Shown: in pieces, positions 49,474-62,153 of the stretch
Layout of the letters: each line of letters starts with the position of its first letter
How positions within the stretch are numbered: the first letter of the stretch is position 1
Assembly: GCA_044892525.1 (NCBI GenBank)
Contig: CM097886.1
Coordinates: 136,400,001-136,464,000 of the forward strand
Direction: 5' to 3'
Length of the DNA stretch: 64,000 nt
Source of the DNA: Schmidtea polychroa
Lineage: Eukaryota
Notes under the pieces: generated by a model
Databases searched by the model: none
The model's input: the letters and a program-made list of their open reading frames with translations, nothing else
Told to the model about the DNA's origin: nothing
Program-made: the position numbers and the translations under genes

Positions 49474-51303
49474 TAATAATTTCAGAATTTCAGCACCGAA
49501 CAATCTGATTTGCACCTTCTCACAGACAAGAGCAATATTTACCTCATCATTTTCGTCACCTTGTTGTTGATAGTATCTTGCATAGTGTCATTACTGAGTA
49601 AATATTTTGTTTATATTCATGCAATTTCATAATTATTATATTATAATGATTATATTTTAGATTGACTATATTAAACTATATAGGTTCCAGGAATTTACAT
49701 GGTTTTCTACGACTATTACCTACATTCACCAAAGGAATATAAAATAAACCGTCCGTAAATTTAAGGATACTCGGTAATATTTGGGAAGTTTATAGTGAAA
49801 GCTAATCTTTATTTTATTAAAGAATAATAGATTCTTAACTCTTAAAGATAATCGCGAAGTCATAGTCAAATATTGAGTTTGTTGTACAAGAAAAAAAGCA
49901 CAAAATTACTTTAAACCATAAAGGCATAAGTAAAATACATTTTAAATGGTGCTCCTTTTGGTTAGATAATTTGAAAACTATTTGGTCTAGGCTTTGGGTC
50001 GACATCCATGTCAGACACTTAGGTAAACAGTCCACAGACTCCTGAAGTTTTCATTTTTATCAACAATACCAAGTTTGACGTAAGCTGATATGAAGCCTGC
50101 GTTCGACATTTAGGTATAAGGTGATCCATATAACATATACATTCTAACTGTTATTTTATTTTTAATCAGTTAAATAATTATTAATAAGTTATTTAATTAA
50201 AGTTTAAATTGAATTTTGTTTTAATTTGTAACAATCTTTTGTTAAAAATAACATTTACAATCTTAAAGATATAAATACTGAAAATAAAAATGCTCACAAA
50301 ATTATTCTGGTTAGGCTCAACCATTGACCAGTAACCTTTGTCACGTATACGATTAGGTTGCTCGTCGAAGGATTTTGGTGGGACGGCAAAGCAAAATGAC
50401 GTAAATGAACCTTTATATGAACCCTTGTCACTTAAAAAAACTTCATTGATAAATATATAAATTTCAACTTTATATATAATTTTCCATAATTGTAAATAAA
50501 ATATTCTTTATACTCTCTTATTGAGAGCACTATCATCCTATAGCGGTTTTTCCTTATATATGATTTCGTAATTGTGCCATAAAGTAAGTCAGAGAAAAGT
50601 TCCCAGAACCTAGCTTTTAATTGTTTTTATTATTTTTGGCCCCACTGCCATGCATTTCCATACCCCCCCCCCCCTCTGACCAGGCCAAAGTCAATTAATA
50701 TTATGAAATTTGCAACTAAACATTTTTATATGCTAAACATGTAACAGCATATACAAAAATTGGTATTTTCCTTGACATTTATATCAAAACATTTATTTTA
50801 AATATTTTTTAAATGAAAGGCCTCCCAACCTGATTTGCCTAAATATTTCCAATCAACCGCAAATTGGAAAATTGCTTCATATAAACAAACGATAAACAAA
50901 AACATAAATGTCAGATTTATTTTTATATATTAAACGCAACTGTAAATATATTTCCCGGTAAACTTAATATGAACTTTTCGTTTTTTGCTAGCGGTCAATT
51001 TGTAAAAATTATTAAAAACAATCATAAAAAACCATCTATTGGCATATAATGAAATTTTGGTAGGATATAACTCTGAATCTGGATCCTAACGTTCAGTAGA
51101 AAAATCAGATAAAGCCACACAAAATTGAATGTATTTATTGATCACAAAAATATACACTTCGTCCATATTGATTATAATTTAAAACCTTAAGATAAAAATC
51201 CAAAGGATTCCCCTCCTGAAACCGGGATGTCATCTGATATAAATTAGTAGTTTGTCCACTGCTAGGAACTAACACGTAGTTATTGATGTGTTTCCCTCTA
51301 AAT

Positions 51304-51724
51304 CAGTGTTATCCAAACTTTTTTGAGCACGGCACACTTGGATGATTTAAAAATTTTCGCGGCACACCTAAATTTTTTTTTGCTTTATTTGCAATTTTTT
51401 ATTGCACTTTTACTAATCTTTTAATAAGAAATGAAAAACTTATTTACTTGAAATAAATTTAATGTAAAAAATTTTCAATTTAGAAAAATTAGTCAATGAA
51501 AAATTCATAAAACATAGTTAATGAGATTTATGTGCTTGATGTAAACAAATAAATTTCGCACTTAATTGACTGATTAACATTTAAATTTGAAATAACTGTT
51601 AAAATATTCACAATCAAATTGCCTTTTATTAAGTTGTTTGGAAAAATAGGGTTTTTTTCAAGGCACACCTGGGCACCCGCCACGGCACACCAGTGTGTCG
51701 TGGCACACAGTTTGGACAACACTG
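51304..51724. mobile_element. 421-bp Buster/Charlie-type hAT MITE
   Basis: TIR CAGTGTT(A/G)TCCAAACT; perfect TSD ctctaaat; repeated ggcacac subterminal motifs. Confidence 0.9.
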
Positions 51725-52684
51725 CTCTAAATCATTTAAGTAACCAATCAAATTTTCAACTACGACATTTTCCCAATGATCTATGAGTTTTCCTTGAATA
51801 ATAAATGATAAAAATGAATTAATAAATTAATTTGTTTTTTTCTCTCCAACCTCTCCAAGGTACGTCAAATCATTTTAAATTAATTTTATTTTCATAGTCA
51901 AGTATTTTAATAAATATAAATTTGTTTTTTTCTAAAATAATATATTCAGGTGATGTATGGCATTTTCTTTCGACTGCTGATGTTGTTGATTGCAAATATG
52001 TCAGACTTGTAGAAAATAATTAAACACTTGTAATAAATGAAATCACCTCTAAGTTAATCTTTCCTTATGGTATGAAAAAAATAATATTTAAATAATTGAT
52101 AAATTGTGTAAAAGTACAATAAATTCAAGTTTTATTGATTTGCTCGAGAGAGCCTGGAGACGGTACTAGATAAGAAAACCAAATCAGCTCAATACCACGA
52201 TTGTTTGCTGAAAACAATTAGGTGAATGCAAGATTCGAAAAAACAAGAATTTTCATTAAATATATTGACATAAGAAGATTACGATAAATAATTTCCTAAT
52301 TCAATTTGATATAAGCACAAACATGTGAATACTGTCCGATGCACGCACACACATTCTTAATTGTGACATTCAGTCCAAACCACAACAAATGACAAATACA
52401 TTTGGTTTTTTTCCATCCATCTAAATGTCAAACGAATAAGCAGTTTTAAGTTAATTGGTTATTGGTGTATTTTCAAAACTACCCACAAGATATATTGCGT
52501 GAGTGTGACTTTGTAAATTGTTTGTTTATAGCAGATTCTATTTGAAAATGGTGTATAATTGCAAATTAATTTAAAGGAATCATTTCATAAATAGTTTATA
52601 GTTAATTTTAATCTCGAACCCAGTGTGTTATATTTTATATATTGTTATATTTTATATTTTGACAAATTGGAATTTCCTTTTTAG

Positions 52685-53637
52685 TGGTGATCCCGATTAC
52701 GATTCAATATATTGGATCAATTCTTGATTTTAGACTCAGACTTCAATATCAGATCGAGGATACGGAAGAATTAGACTATCCAATCGAAAAATATGAGTAC
52801 TATTTGTATCATTATCGGATCATGTTTAACCTCAGCGTATTTCTGACAATAATTGGTTCATCTTTGCCAACCTCGATCTACATGACACAAAGAAACACCG
52901 ATGAAATGTATACTATTAGTGCCTATGAGGAATTTATCAACATTTGGGGAGTTTGTCATTTGATGGCATATTTAGATATTAGCGGTAGAATTTTCTTCGG
53001 ACTTATAATAACGGTCCCCTCGCTGATAATTTTCATTTATGTCTTCCTCAACAAATACGAGACGAAAGTGATTTTTCGAATCATTTACATTTCATCTTGG
53101 GTCTCATTGGTTTTTGCTTTGATTTCCCCTCTGATGTTTGTGACAAATGAATACGAAAAGTTCACAATTGAAAATCGCTCGTTAATTTATTGCAAACAAG
53201 GTACCGAATTGACCGTTTACAATCGTTGTCGACTTTTTGATCTTTTCTGCGCTCACCTGATTCCCTTAGCAATACAGATTCCTTGCATAGTCATGATCAA
53301 AAAAAGTTTAATGTTTGTCAATAACTCCCTTTTATATGAGCCGATCATTTTCATTGTCACAAACATCCCAATTGCAATCATTGACATCATCGAACAAATG
53401 GATGCAAAACGGGTTCATTCATCGGAATTCGCCAATTTTTACATTTTGTTTCTGGCAATCTACCATTTGGGTTACACCTGTATGATTCTTGTTTCGCCCA
53501 TTCAAATGGTTTGGATGAATCAAGACAAAAATGCGCCGGTTAAACAGGAAATTAATGACGTATACAAAATTCTGATAAATCGTAAGACAATTCGTAAAAC
53601 GATCAGGAGACAATATACTGCAATAAAAACAAAATGA
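52685..53637 (+). CDS. Divergent rhodopsin-class 7TM receptor (orphan); short 5' exon(s) not resolved
   Basis: Seven hydrophobic segments, Cys at the top of TM3, W..P in TM4, YC in ECL2, Pro in TM5 and TM6; acceptor ttccttttag|. Confidence 0.65.
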
Positions 53638-54373
53638 TATGTTGTTATGAAATGAATGCTTTGTAGAATTTTATTAATTACAGAAGTAAAAGATATATAT
53701 TTAACTCCCTTATCACCAATCCCAATAACTAATACAGCACTCGGTAGAAATGGGATAATTTAGAAGTTTTAAATTATACACTAGGGTAGATAAAAGGTTT
53801 TGAGTTACTAAATGTAAGTAACAAAAAGCTGCCATTTGTGCTAGTAATGTGCTGTGTAAAATATTCATAGTTTCAACCAACGTTTTGAGTGTCCACAAGA
53901 GGTTTCAAAACTTTGTATATTCCTCTGCCGGAATCCAAAGACTTACAAATTTTAGCTTTAGACTTAACTTCCTGCACAGTGATACACATAAATCGCAAAT
54001 ATAAGTTTACTAACTATTATAATAGATTACTACTGGACCTTGAAAAGAGACGCCTCTGCTGCTAATTTTTCAAGGAGTTCCAAGAAACTCAAGTTCAAGC
54101 CATGAATTTGTAACAATGATATTGAAAAACACGAGTTTCTGTAACTTTTTGATATAATATGTTAATAAATACAAAGTTCTTGTTGAAATCAGATGTATGA
54201 TTTCCGACTTTCTAATGATTTCTTTTAAATCGAGTTAGCAGAAAAACATGACCTTATATAGAAAAATGGTTGTCATTCTTGGATTCTGTTTTGCCAAATT
54301 GCTATAAATCAGTTGAAAAATTTTAGACACCAGACCAAAAATTTTTTTGGTAGACCAGTGTTATTGTTAACAC

Positions 54374-55493
54374 TATCGCCAGATTTGTGTTGTAGGCGCC
54401 CTGAGGCCAAAAATATTATTGCGCATCATCTCAAAAAAAATTAACATTAAAATTTTCTCTTGCTTTCTTTGATTAGTTTTCTATTTTGAAATCCGCTTTT
54501 TTTCTTCTTCTTTATAATTATATAGAAATAACAAAAAATAATTAATAATCAATTAATTAATATTATGAAAACAAATATAGTTACTTTGATTATAAATTAC
54601 TAGGTTTTTCTCGGACGCTTACGGCGTCCTTTTTTTCAAAATCCCAAGTCCTTTACGTGAATCTTATTGCATGCGTTCGAATCAGAGTGTTCGAAAACCA
54701 AAAATTGGTATGTGTGTTCAGTAAAAAGAATGAGTAATTAATTTTCAGTTCATACACAATATTGCGGGTGAAAATACGATTGTTGTTGAATAATTTGAGG
54801 ATTTATCTCAATTTTGATCTTGACTTGATTTGCATTTCGAGAATGGGATGTTGCGACATAGAATTGCCCATGCGAAAACACTGGAGTTTGAAGACTTATG
54901 CCGACGTAATCATAAGACTGTCCTTGGCTCTTGTTGATCGTTATTGTGTATGCTGGAATGATAGGTAATTGTCGACAACGTAAAAAATCATCAATAGACT
55001 TAGGATTCGAAAGAAATAAAATTTAATTTCTCTTACCGAATATATAGTGGAATCTTTTTGATAAAGAAATGTTTACGTTAGATAATAAACTAATAATAAC
55101 GAATTACAATTGTTAATGATATAATTATAATTTTTTAAAATAATCATAGTAAGCATTGAGCGTTACAGAATCAGTGAATGAGTGAGTGAGTGAGTGAGTG
55201 AGTGACCTGGGCCTTTATAATATATATAATTTAAATAAAAAAAATTTACAGAATCCACTAACCGATAATTTATTTTGACAGTTTGAATAGAAAATAACTC
55301 TAATTTTTCTAAAAAAAATGTTACAGAGTTTCAAATGAGATATTTTATTGAAAATTTCCAATAAGATTTTTTAAAAAACTTTTCATATACAGAAAACGAG
55401 TATCTTTTTTCTTATTTAATAAATTGAAGCCCCCATTTTGCTTGGCGTCTTGGGGCGATAGCCTCAGTTGGCCTAATAGTAGATCAGGCCCTG
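54374..55493. mobile_element. Degenerate hAT-type non-autonomous element with a nested (TGAG)n-containing repeat
   Basis: Right end GCCTAATAGTAGATCAGGCCCTG, left end ..gccagattt..taggcgccctgagg; TSD gttaacac/gttaagat. Confidence 0.5.
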
Positions 55494-55603
55494 GTTAAGA
55501 TATGCGTGAAAATCTCATTATCTATAAGTTTGACATCTAGTCTAGTAGTATAAAATTTGCATCTATGCGAGTGATAATATGTAAAATATAGACAATTTAC
55601 TTA

Positions 55604-55780
55604 TTATAAGAACTTTTTTTCAAATTTTACCACTGTTTTTCCATTGTATTTATAAAAAAACTTGAAGTTTATGAATCCAGTAAATATATTGATGTTTTTG
55701 ATATTCACTTGACAAAGGCAGTGCCGAAAATTCGTGAATATCAAAAACATCGATATATTTACTGATTCATAGTCTTCGAA
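55604..55780. mobile_element. PLE family-1 end with an inverted 3' segment fused at the hammerhead
   Basis: 55664-55708 is a near-perfect reverse complement of 55734-55777. Confidence 0.75.
55704..55738 (+). ncRNA. Minimal type-I hammerhead ribozyme with an intact core
   Basis: TTCAC-TTGACAA-A-GGC AGT GCC-GAA-AATT-C/GTGAA. Helix I is TTCAC/GTGAA; U3-A8 replaces C3-G8; helix III is the palindrome AAUU; predicted cleavage after C55733. Confidence 0.72.
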
Positions 55781-58307
55781 ATTTACTTATATTTTAAATT
55801 ATTTTGCAAAATATTTTTTATCGGTAAATTAAAATTTTCACTAATATTTGAATTCAGCAAGTTTAAGTAGTCACTTTTACATTTGAAAGTTACGATAACT
55901 AAAGGAACTATTGCAATAAAACAGTGACTTTGAATTTGAATTTGGGTCATAAACCTAAAACGAGAAATGACAACGTGTCCTCTGTTTGGTGTCCCCGATG
56001 AACTACCTCATGATGTGTTACTTACATACGAAAGTGTCATAAAACTTTATGTGTTGCTGAAGAATGAGCTGAAGCTTTGTTAGACTGAAACATATATAAC
56101 ATAACCACTGGTCTCGAAAATCGAGCATATGTGGATTAAGTCTTCTATATCCACTGTTGTACACGTTCAGGTTTTACAGTTCATTCACAATTATTATGAC
56201 AAATACATGAATTTGATAAGGCAATACAAGGGAGGTTAGAGGTACGAAAAGTACCAAACATAATTCGCCATTTCAAAGAATACAACAAACAAAAATTATT
56301 TGACATCAGCTTTGAAATTCTACATTTTTGTCATATTGATGTGAAAATTTCGTAAAGTTCCTATTGCAGAGAGTGCGTTTCTCTTGGACCAACAAAACTT
56401 TCGTTAAATGAACTTAAGAAAAGTTGACAAAGTTGTATTGCTTAAACTGGCCTATTGTTAGAAACACGGGGTTTAGCAAAATAATCGGGTTCTAAAATAT
56501 CAGAAATTGACTTATGAAGAGAACATTTTGGCTCAGTGACATTGTTTTCAATAATTCTGTAAAAACAGATGAAACGATTTTGATACCGCATTTTCGTGCC
56601 ATAGAGTCCATTAACGATTTCAGTTTTTGTACGTTTTCCTGCATATCGACCCTTTCTGAACATATTATGATGAATCCGTTCTCGCCATGATCTTTCCTAT
56701 CACCTCATTTACATCTGACCCGTTTTTCAAATTTTAATTCGATGATTTCTTAATTTTGAATTTTGAATATTCTCTTTTTAATCATTTGGAAATTTTAAAT
56801 TTTAGAACTCCAACATAATAATAAAAATAATAATTATTGTTAGCCACAGAACTTCTGATATTAATTGAATCCATTTAAAATCAAGATTTCGAATACGTTT
56901 TATCATTTATTCACAATAGTATTTAAACAAATCACATCATAATTGGTTTGATGAGTTTCTATAAAAATAATTAATGCATAAGTAAAGATTTCAAAATACA
57001 GACAACCTGCAATAATAATTTAATTTATATTTTAGAATACCTCACAATTATAATAGTAAAATTAATAATAATAATCATAAAATATAATTCAAATAAGTGA
57101 TCTGTTGTATTTATTCATACAATAAAATCTTTCGACATCAAATAGATCTTGATCACTCCATCAAGGTCTATGAAAGATGGGCCAGGGACATATGCTGCTC
57201 TGTGACCCGGAAGTTACAGCTATATATAATTGAATCACACATTTACAGATCATTTAAATAAAAGACTATTTNNNNNNNNNNNNNNNNNNNNNNNNNNNNN
57301 NNNNNNNNNNNNNNNNNNNNNNNNNNNNNNNNNNNNNNNNNNNNNNNNNNNNNNNNNNNNNNNNNNNNNNNNNNNNNNNNNNNNNNNNNNNNNNNNNNNN
57401 NNNNNNNNNNNNNNNNNNNNNNNNNNNNAATGTTGAATAATCTTATCTCTATTCTCACTTTTTTCCTTTTCCAAACTCTATAGACTCCTATTTCCTTTTC
57501 CCAATATATCTACTCAACTTTAAATTCACCTTTTAACGTTTACCATAAAAACGAGTATCTGTTTTATGTACAGATGACCGATCAAGGGTAAAAAATTATA
57601 GTATTGCAAAGAAATTCAAAATTTACAAAAGTTTTCAAAATAGATTTAAATTAATAAAAAATTAATTAAGTGGAAAGCGAATAAAACCATCAAATAATTG
57701 AAAAAACTAAAAATATTATTGCTTTACTCTGGATTTCAGCATTACTTAGAGTTGACAAAAACATTTCCTTTTAAAATCTTTTAATAATCTTTGTTTTAAT
57801 TGACTGCCAGTAGCTACAGTTTATTAATGCAAATAATCCAAACTATCATGAGATATAAATATTTTCTGTGCGATTCAAACAAAATATAAAAAATTTCAGA
57901 TTTTTTTTATTTATTTAAAATAAAATAAACCAAACAATAGAAAATTGTCAATTAATTTCTTCAGACATTTCATCAATATATGATTGTTTTACTAGATATT
58001 TTGTTTAATACAAACAAAAAAAAGTAAAAGAAACTTGGCCAATAAATTGAAAAAAATCAAAGCTTCAAAAATATGGTCAATCTCATATATATACTAAAAT
58101 AAACATTATGAAAATTACATCAATTTTAGTAAATTTGTTTAAATATTTGGTAGAGCATTTCTTATTTTATTGAATACCCCTTCACAAACTACTTATTAAT
58201 TCAAAAATACACCTAGAGATATACAAAACAAGTTTGTAAACAATTCATTACAACGAATAAATAAAATAGTTACATCATCTTCTTTCGAACTTTCATCAAT
58301 ATTCAAA

Positions 58308-58565
58308 TTACATATTCTTTACACAAACTCGACACCTGGATATCGTCTTCTCGACTTCCATGGGAGTTCTAAATGTTTCACCCAGTGGCTTGGTAAAGCT
58401 GTTCATGTCTGACACTTGTCGCAAATAATAAACCTTAGCATCAGGCCAATGATGGCATTTATTTGCAACATTGTTGCACTCAATGATGGGAGCAAATTTA
58501 AAATACTCAAAGCAGCTGCCTGGTGAGGATAATTGTTGACTGCCTCCTTGGCTGCCACTTGTATG
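58308..58565 (-). CDS. COL4A: Collagen type IV alpha chain, last exon (second half of NC1)
   Basis: tttaag|CAT ACA AGT...; HTSGSQGGSQQLSSPGSC...ISRCRVC is a collagen IV C4 domain. Confidence 0.92.
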   Translation of the reverse strand, partial: HTSGSQGGSQQLSSPGSCFEYFKFAPIIECNNVANKCHHWPDAKVYYLRQVSDMNSFTKPLGETFRTPMEVEKTISRCRVCVKNM

Positions 58566-59278
58566 CTTAAATAAAAATAGCAATATCAATAACAACAATA
58601 ATATTTATAATTGTTGTGTAGTATTATATTATTTTTTTTATGATTAGAGTTTGTAGTATGTTTCTATTTCTGTTGTCGCGTGTTGCGTGCGGGGGTATAA
58701 TTTAAAAAACTATTGAAAAAAAATCCAATTTAAAATCGATAAACTAAAATTAGGAGAAACAGAAAAGAAAACAGTAGAAAATTTCAAAATAATAAGAGAA
58801 AGAAAGGATAAGAATACATTAATCCGAAGAACCGGATAATTCCAGAAAAGATTATTTATATTAATATAGTTATTATATTCGTGATAAACTCACGAGATCA
58901 GATCACCAATAATAAAAACGATCATAGTCGAATAAGAGATATTCTTTAGGAAAACACGATAAATTTCCAGCCTAATATATATGTGATTAACCTCGAGTTT
59001 GGAGAAGTGTATAAAAGGTGAAGCCTTACAAACAACATTCCAGCTAACCATTTAAGGTCAATTATTTGATTTTTATTTAATAAAGTTTTATGGTTTCGGT
59101 TTGTTAATAGATTTTGTAATCGCGGTCGATTTGTTAAACTATACACAAGCATCCCAGCTGTCCCGAGACACTTCTTTTAAAGGAGACTCATCTGGGTTAT
59201 ACAATCTTCTACAAACACAATAGTATAATATAATAACAACATATAGTTTTAACATATAAACTAAGGTGTATTAAAGAC

Positions 59279-59279
<1 letters not shown>

Positions 59280-59357
<78 letters not shown>
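59280..59357. repeat. (TA)n microsatellite
   Basis: Direct reading. Confidence 0.95.
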
Positions 59358-59361
<4 letters not shown>

Positions 59362-59922
59362 TACATAACAATAATAATAATATAAAGTGATGATTTCTTG
59401 TTAGCAGCATTTATTATTTAAAACAGTAAAATGATAATTTAAGCCTTTTGCTGCAAATAATGTATTTAATGAAAAATCTTTCGACTATAAAATAGTCCCT
59501 GATAATCGAAAATATCTCTATTTTGACAAATAGGGGAGCATTCAAAACATCATTAAGCTTATTCACATATACATCGTGGTCGAGAATTACCAATCCATTT
59601 CCTTTGTCAAACTTGCATATATTGATGTCTTTTTTAGCTAAATATTTTAATACAGTAAAATCTTTAATATCCTGCACTTTATTTGTATCAATATTAATTT
59701 TCTTTTCAATAATGAATGGTATCAACAAATAGATGGAGTTGCTATGGGTTCTCCTTTAGAATCAACGATGGCTTCAATTTTTTTAGCAAGCTTAGAAATG
59801 AAAATTGCATCTTTCCAATGTATGAAACCCACTGTTTATAAACGGTATGTGGATGATATTTTTCTTATATTTGAAAATCAGAGGCATGTTGACCCGTTTT
59901 TGCATTATATGAATAGTCTATA

Positions 59923-60413
59923 TGTCGTAGGCAAATGGTAATTTTAGGAAAATAACATTTGGCTAGGCAAATGCCATTTGCCTGGTCGAATAGCTTTAGC
60001 TATTATTTCATTTCCATTTGACTAGGAAAATAGCATTTGCCCAGGCAAAAGCCATTTGGCTAAATCTTTGTTGGGCAAATAATTCTAAATTGAAATAACC
60101 ATTAATGTATTATTTATTTAAATATATAGTTCCTCGGTAACTAAAACCACTGCAACTTTAAACATTTACAAAAATAATTCAAATAAGTAAGAACATTGAT
60201 TACAGTGCTTTTTTACATTATTGCATTGGAAATGATCAAATTTATCAGTAGGTTTTATATCTTTATATCTTTATAACCTCGAAATTAATAACATTAGAAT
60301 TATTTGCCCAACAAAGATTTAGCCAAATGGCTTTTGCCTGGGCAAATGCTATTTTCCTAGTCAAATGGAAATGAAATATTAGCTATACTATACCATACCA
60401 TTTGCCTACGACA
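59923..60413. mobile_element. 491-bp non-autonomous TIR element with TGT...ACA ends and a TATA TSD (Ginger-like), inserted in the PLE RT
   Basis: Perfect 18-bp TIR TGTCGTAGGCAAATGGTA plus an ~85-bp inner inverted repeat. Removing the element and one TATA restores the RT frame (MNSLYKNIVF). Confidence 0.8.
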
Positions 60414-61522
60414 TATATAAAAACATTGTATTCACATGCGAAACGGAGAAAAATCATCACTTGCTTTCTTGGATCTGTTAATACAACGCAAAGAGAAACA
60501 CTATGAGACAGAGATTTATAGAAAACCAACTGATACTGGTCTCTATACTTCATCCGAAAGTTTTTGTGAATTCAAGTATAAAAGAAATATGGTGAAGGGG
60601 TTGATTTATCGTGCATGGTCTTTGTCTTCTACTTTTAAAAATTCAGTAAAAAGTGTTGACAAATTGGTTGAATTGTTAATGAAGAACGATTAATCAAAAT
60701 CCATTTTATTAATTATGGTAAAAGAGACTGTTGACAAATTTATTAAAAATCCTCAGGATCCATGTTTGAGAAAATCTGGGTGTGATTTTGTTGAATTGTG
60801 TGAGTCTGATGAGTTAAATAAATTAAATAGTGTGAGCAAGGATGATGAGCCTAAATTTGTGTTAGTATTGTCGTACTCAGAAGATTTTAAGGATTATAAA
60901 GTAAAGATAAGAAAGCAGTTAGGGAATTTAAACTATAGGATAGTGTCAACTTCATGAAAAGTACGCAATATGTTTATTAATAAGTCAAAAACTCCAGTGG
61001 AATTATGTTCCGATCTTGTTTATCAGTTTACATGTAATGGGTGTAATGCCACATACATTGGAGAGACTTCCCGTCATCTCTGTATTCGAGCTCGAGAACA
61101 TTGTAGACCGAGGTCTTTGACCCATATTGGTGAGCACAATAAGGGCTGTAAGATTAAAATAGGTATGTCTGATTTTAAAATTTTATTAAAAAATGTCGAT
61201 TATTATTGGAAACGTGTGATTTGTGAGGCGTTGTTGATAAAGTCATTGAATCCGAAAATTAATGTGCAGAATGCAGTAAATGATTTTAAATAATTTTTTT
61301 TTGTATATTGTATGTATTGATTGTTGTGTTAAATTAAATAATTAATAAAATTTTTTAAATTTTTAAATTAAATTCTGAATGCTAAAATTTTAAAAATAAT
61401 ATATTAATTTAATTATAATTTTTAAAAATAATTAAATAATTTTATTAAAGAAAAGTTTTTTATATAATTAATAAAATTAATAAATTTGTTTAAAATCCTT
61501 AATTTATATAGTTATTATATCC

Positions 61523-61561
61523 CACGTGATGATGACAGGAAAACTATCGAAATATATCGTG
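61523..61561 (+). ncRNA. Degenerate hammerhead ribozyme at the 3' end of PLE family 2
   Basis: CACG-TGATGA-T-GACAG GAAAA CTATC-GAA-ATAT-A-TCGTG. Palindromic helix III AUAU; core appears to have lost C3. Confidence 0.5.
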
Positions 61562-61822
61562 AAAAGAATNNNNNNNNNNNNNNNNNNNNNNNNNNNNNNN
61601 NNNNNNNNNNNNNNNNNNNNNNNNNNNNNNNNNNNNNNNNNNNNNNNNNNNNNNNNNNNNNNNNNNNNNNNNNNNNNNNNNNNNNNNNNNNNNNNNNNNN
61701 NNNNNNNNNNNNNNNNNNNNNNNNNNNNNNNNNNNNNNNNNNNNNNNNNNNNNNNNNNNNNNNNNNNNNNNNNNNNNNNNNNNNNNNNNNNNNNNNNNNN
61801 NNNNNNNNNNNNNNNNATGTAC

Positions 61823-62109
61823 CATAATTATGCTATATCCCCGCCATAATTCGCTCCATGTTGCTGGACATAGTGTTCTTTCTATAGTTGATTGATTGTG
61901 AAACGCATAAACATTTGCAGGAGCGCTGCAGACCACACATCGAGAAATTAGGTTTTTCACTTCACTAACATGAACCGGGTTACCAATCGGATTCAAGTTA
62001 CTAAGCCAGTAGGAGCGTGCATTTCGAATGTTAAAATGACAACCGGGTTGTCTGTCACAGTGTATCACAGGAGTAGCACTGAATTTCTCTAAACAAGAAG
62101 CCGGTGAGC
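61823..62109 (-). CDS. COL4A: Collagen type IV alpha chain exon (NC1)
   Basis: GSPASCLEKFS...SYWLS...ISRCVVC...WRGYSIIM|GTACAT; 44-nt intron upstream (62110-62153). Confidence 0.92.
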
Positions 62110-62153
62110 CTGGAAAAATATTAAACCTTTGAACACTGTACATTGATCTTTAC

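Larger units (their letters stand above)
59414..61569 (+). mobile_element. Penelope-like element (family 2), pseudogenised: RT plus GIY-YIG, with an inverted 5' segment
   Basis: Plus strand YQQIDGVAMGSP, YKRYVDDIF, LAFLDLLI, YRKPTDTG and LVYQFTCNGCNATYIGETSRHL...RAREH. Minus strand KFDKGNGLVILDHDVY. Two in-frame stops. Confidence 0.92.

Noticed and set aside
49494-50035. Exon-like segments, including a hydrophobic helix, as 5' exons of the GPCR
   Set aside because: Splice phases are inconsistent and both strands give similarly plausible frames.
56000-56420. Fragmentary DNA-transposon-like reading frames (LPHDVLLTYESV...)
   Set aside because: Many stops, no catalytic motif and no termini; family cannot be supported.
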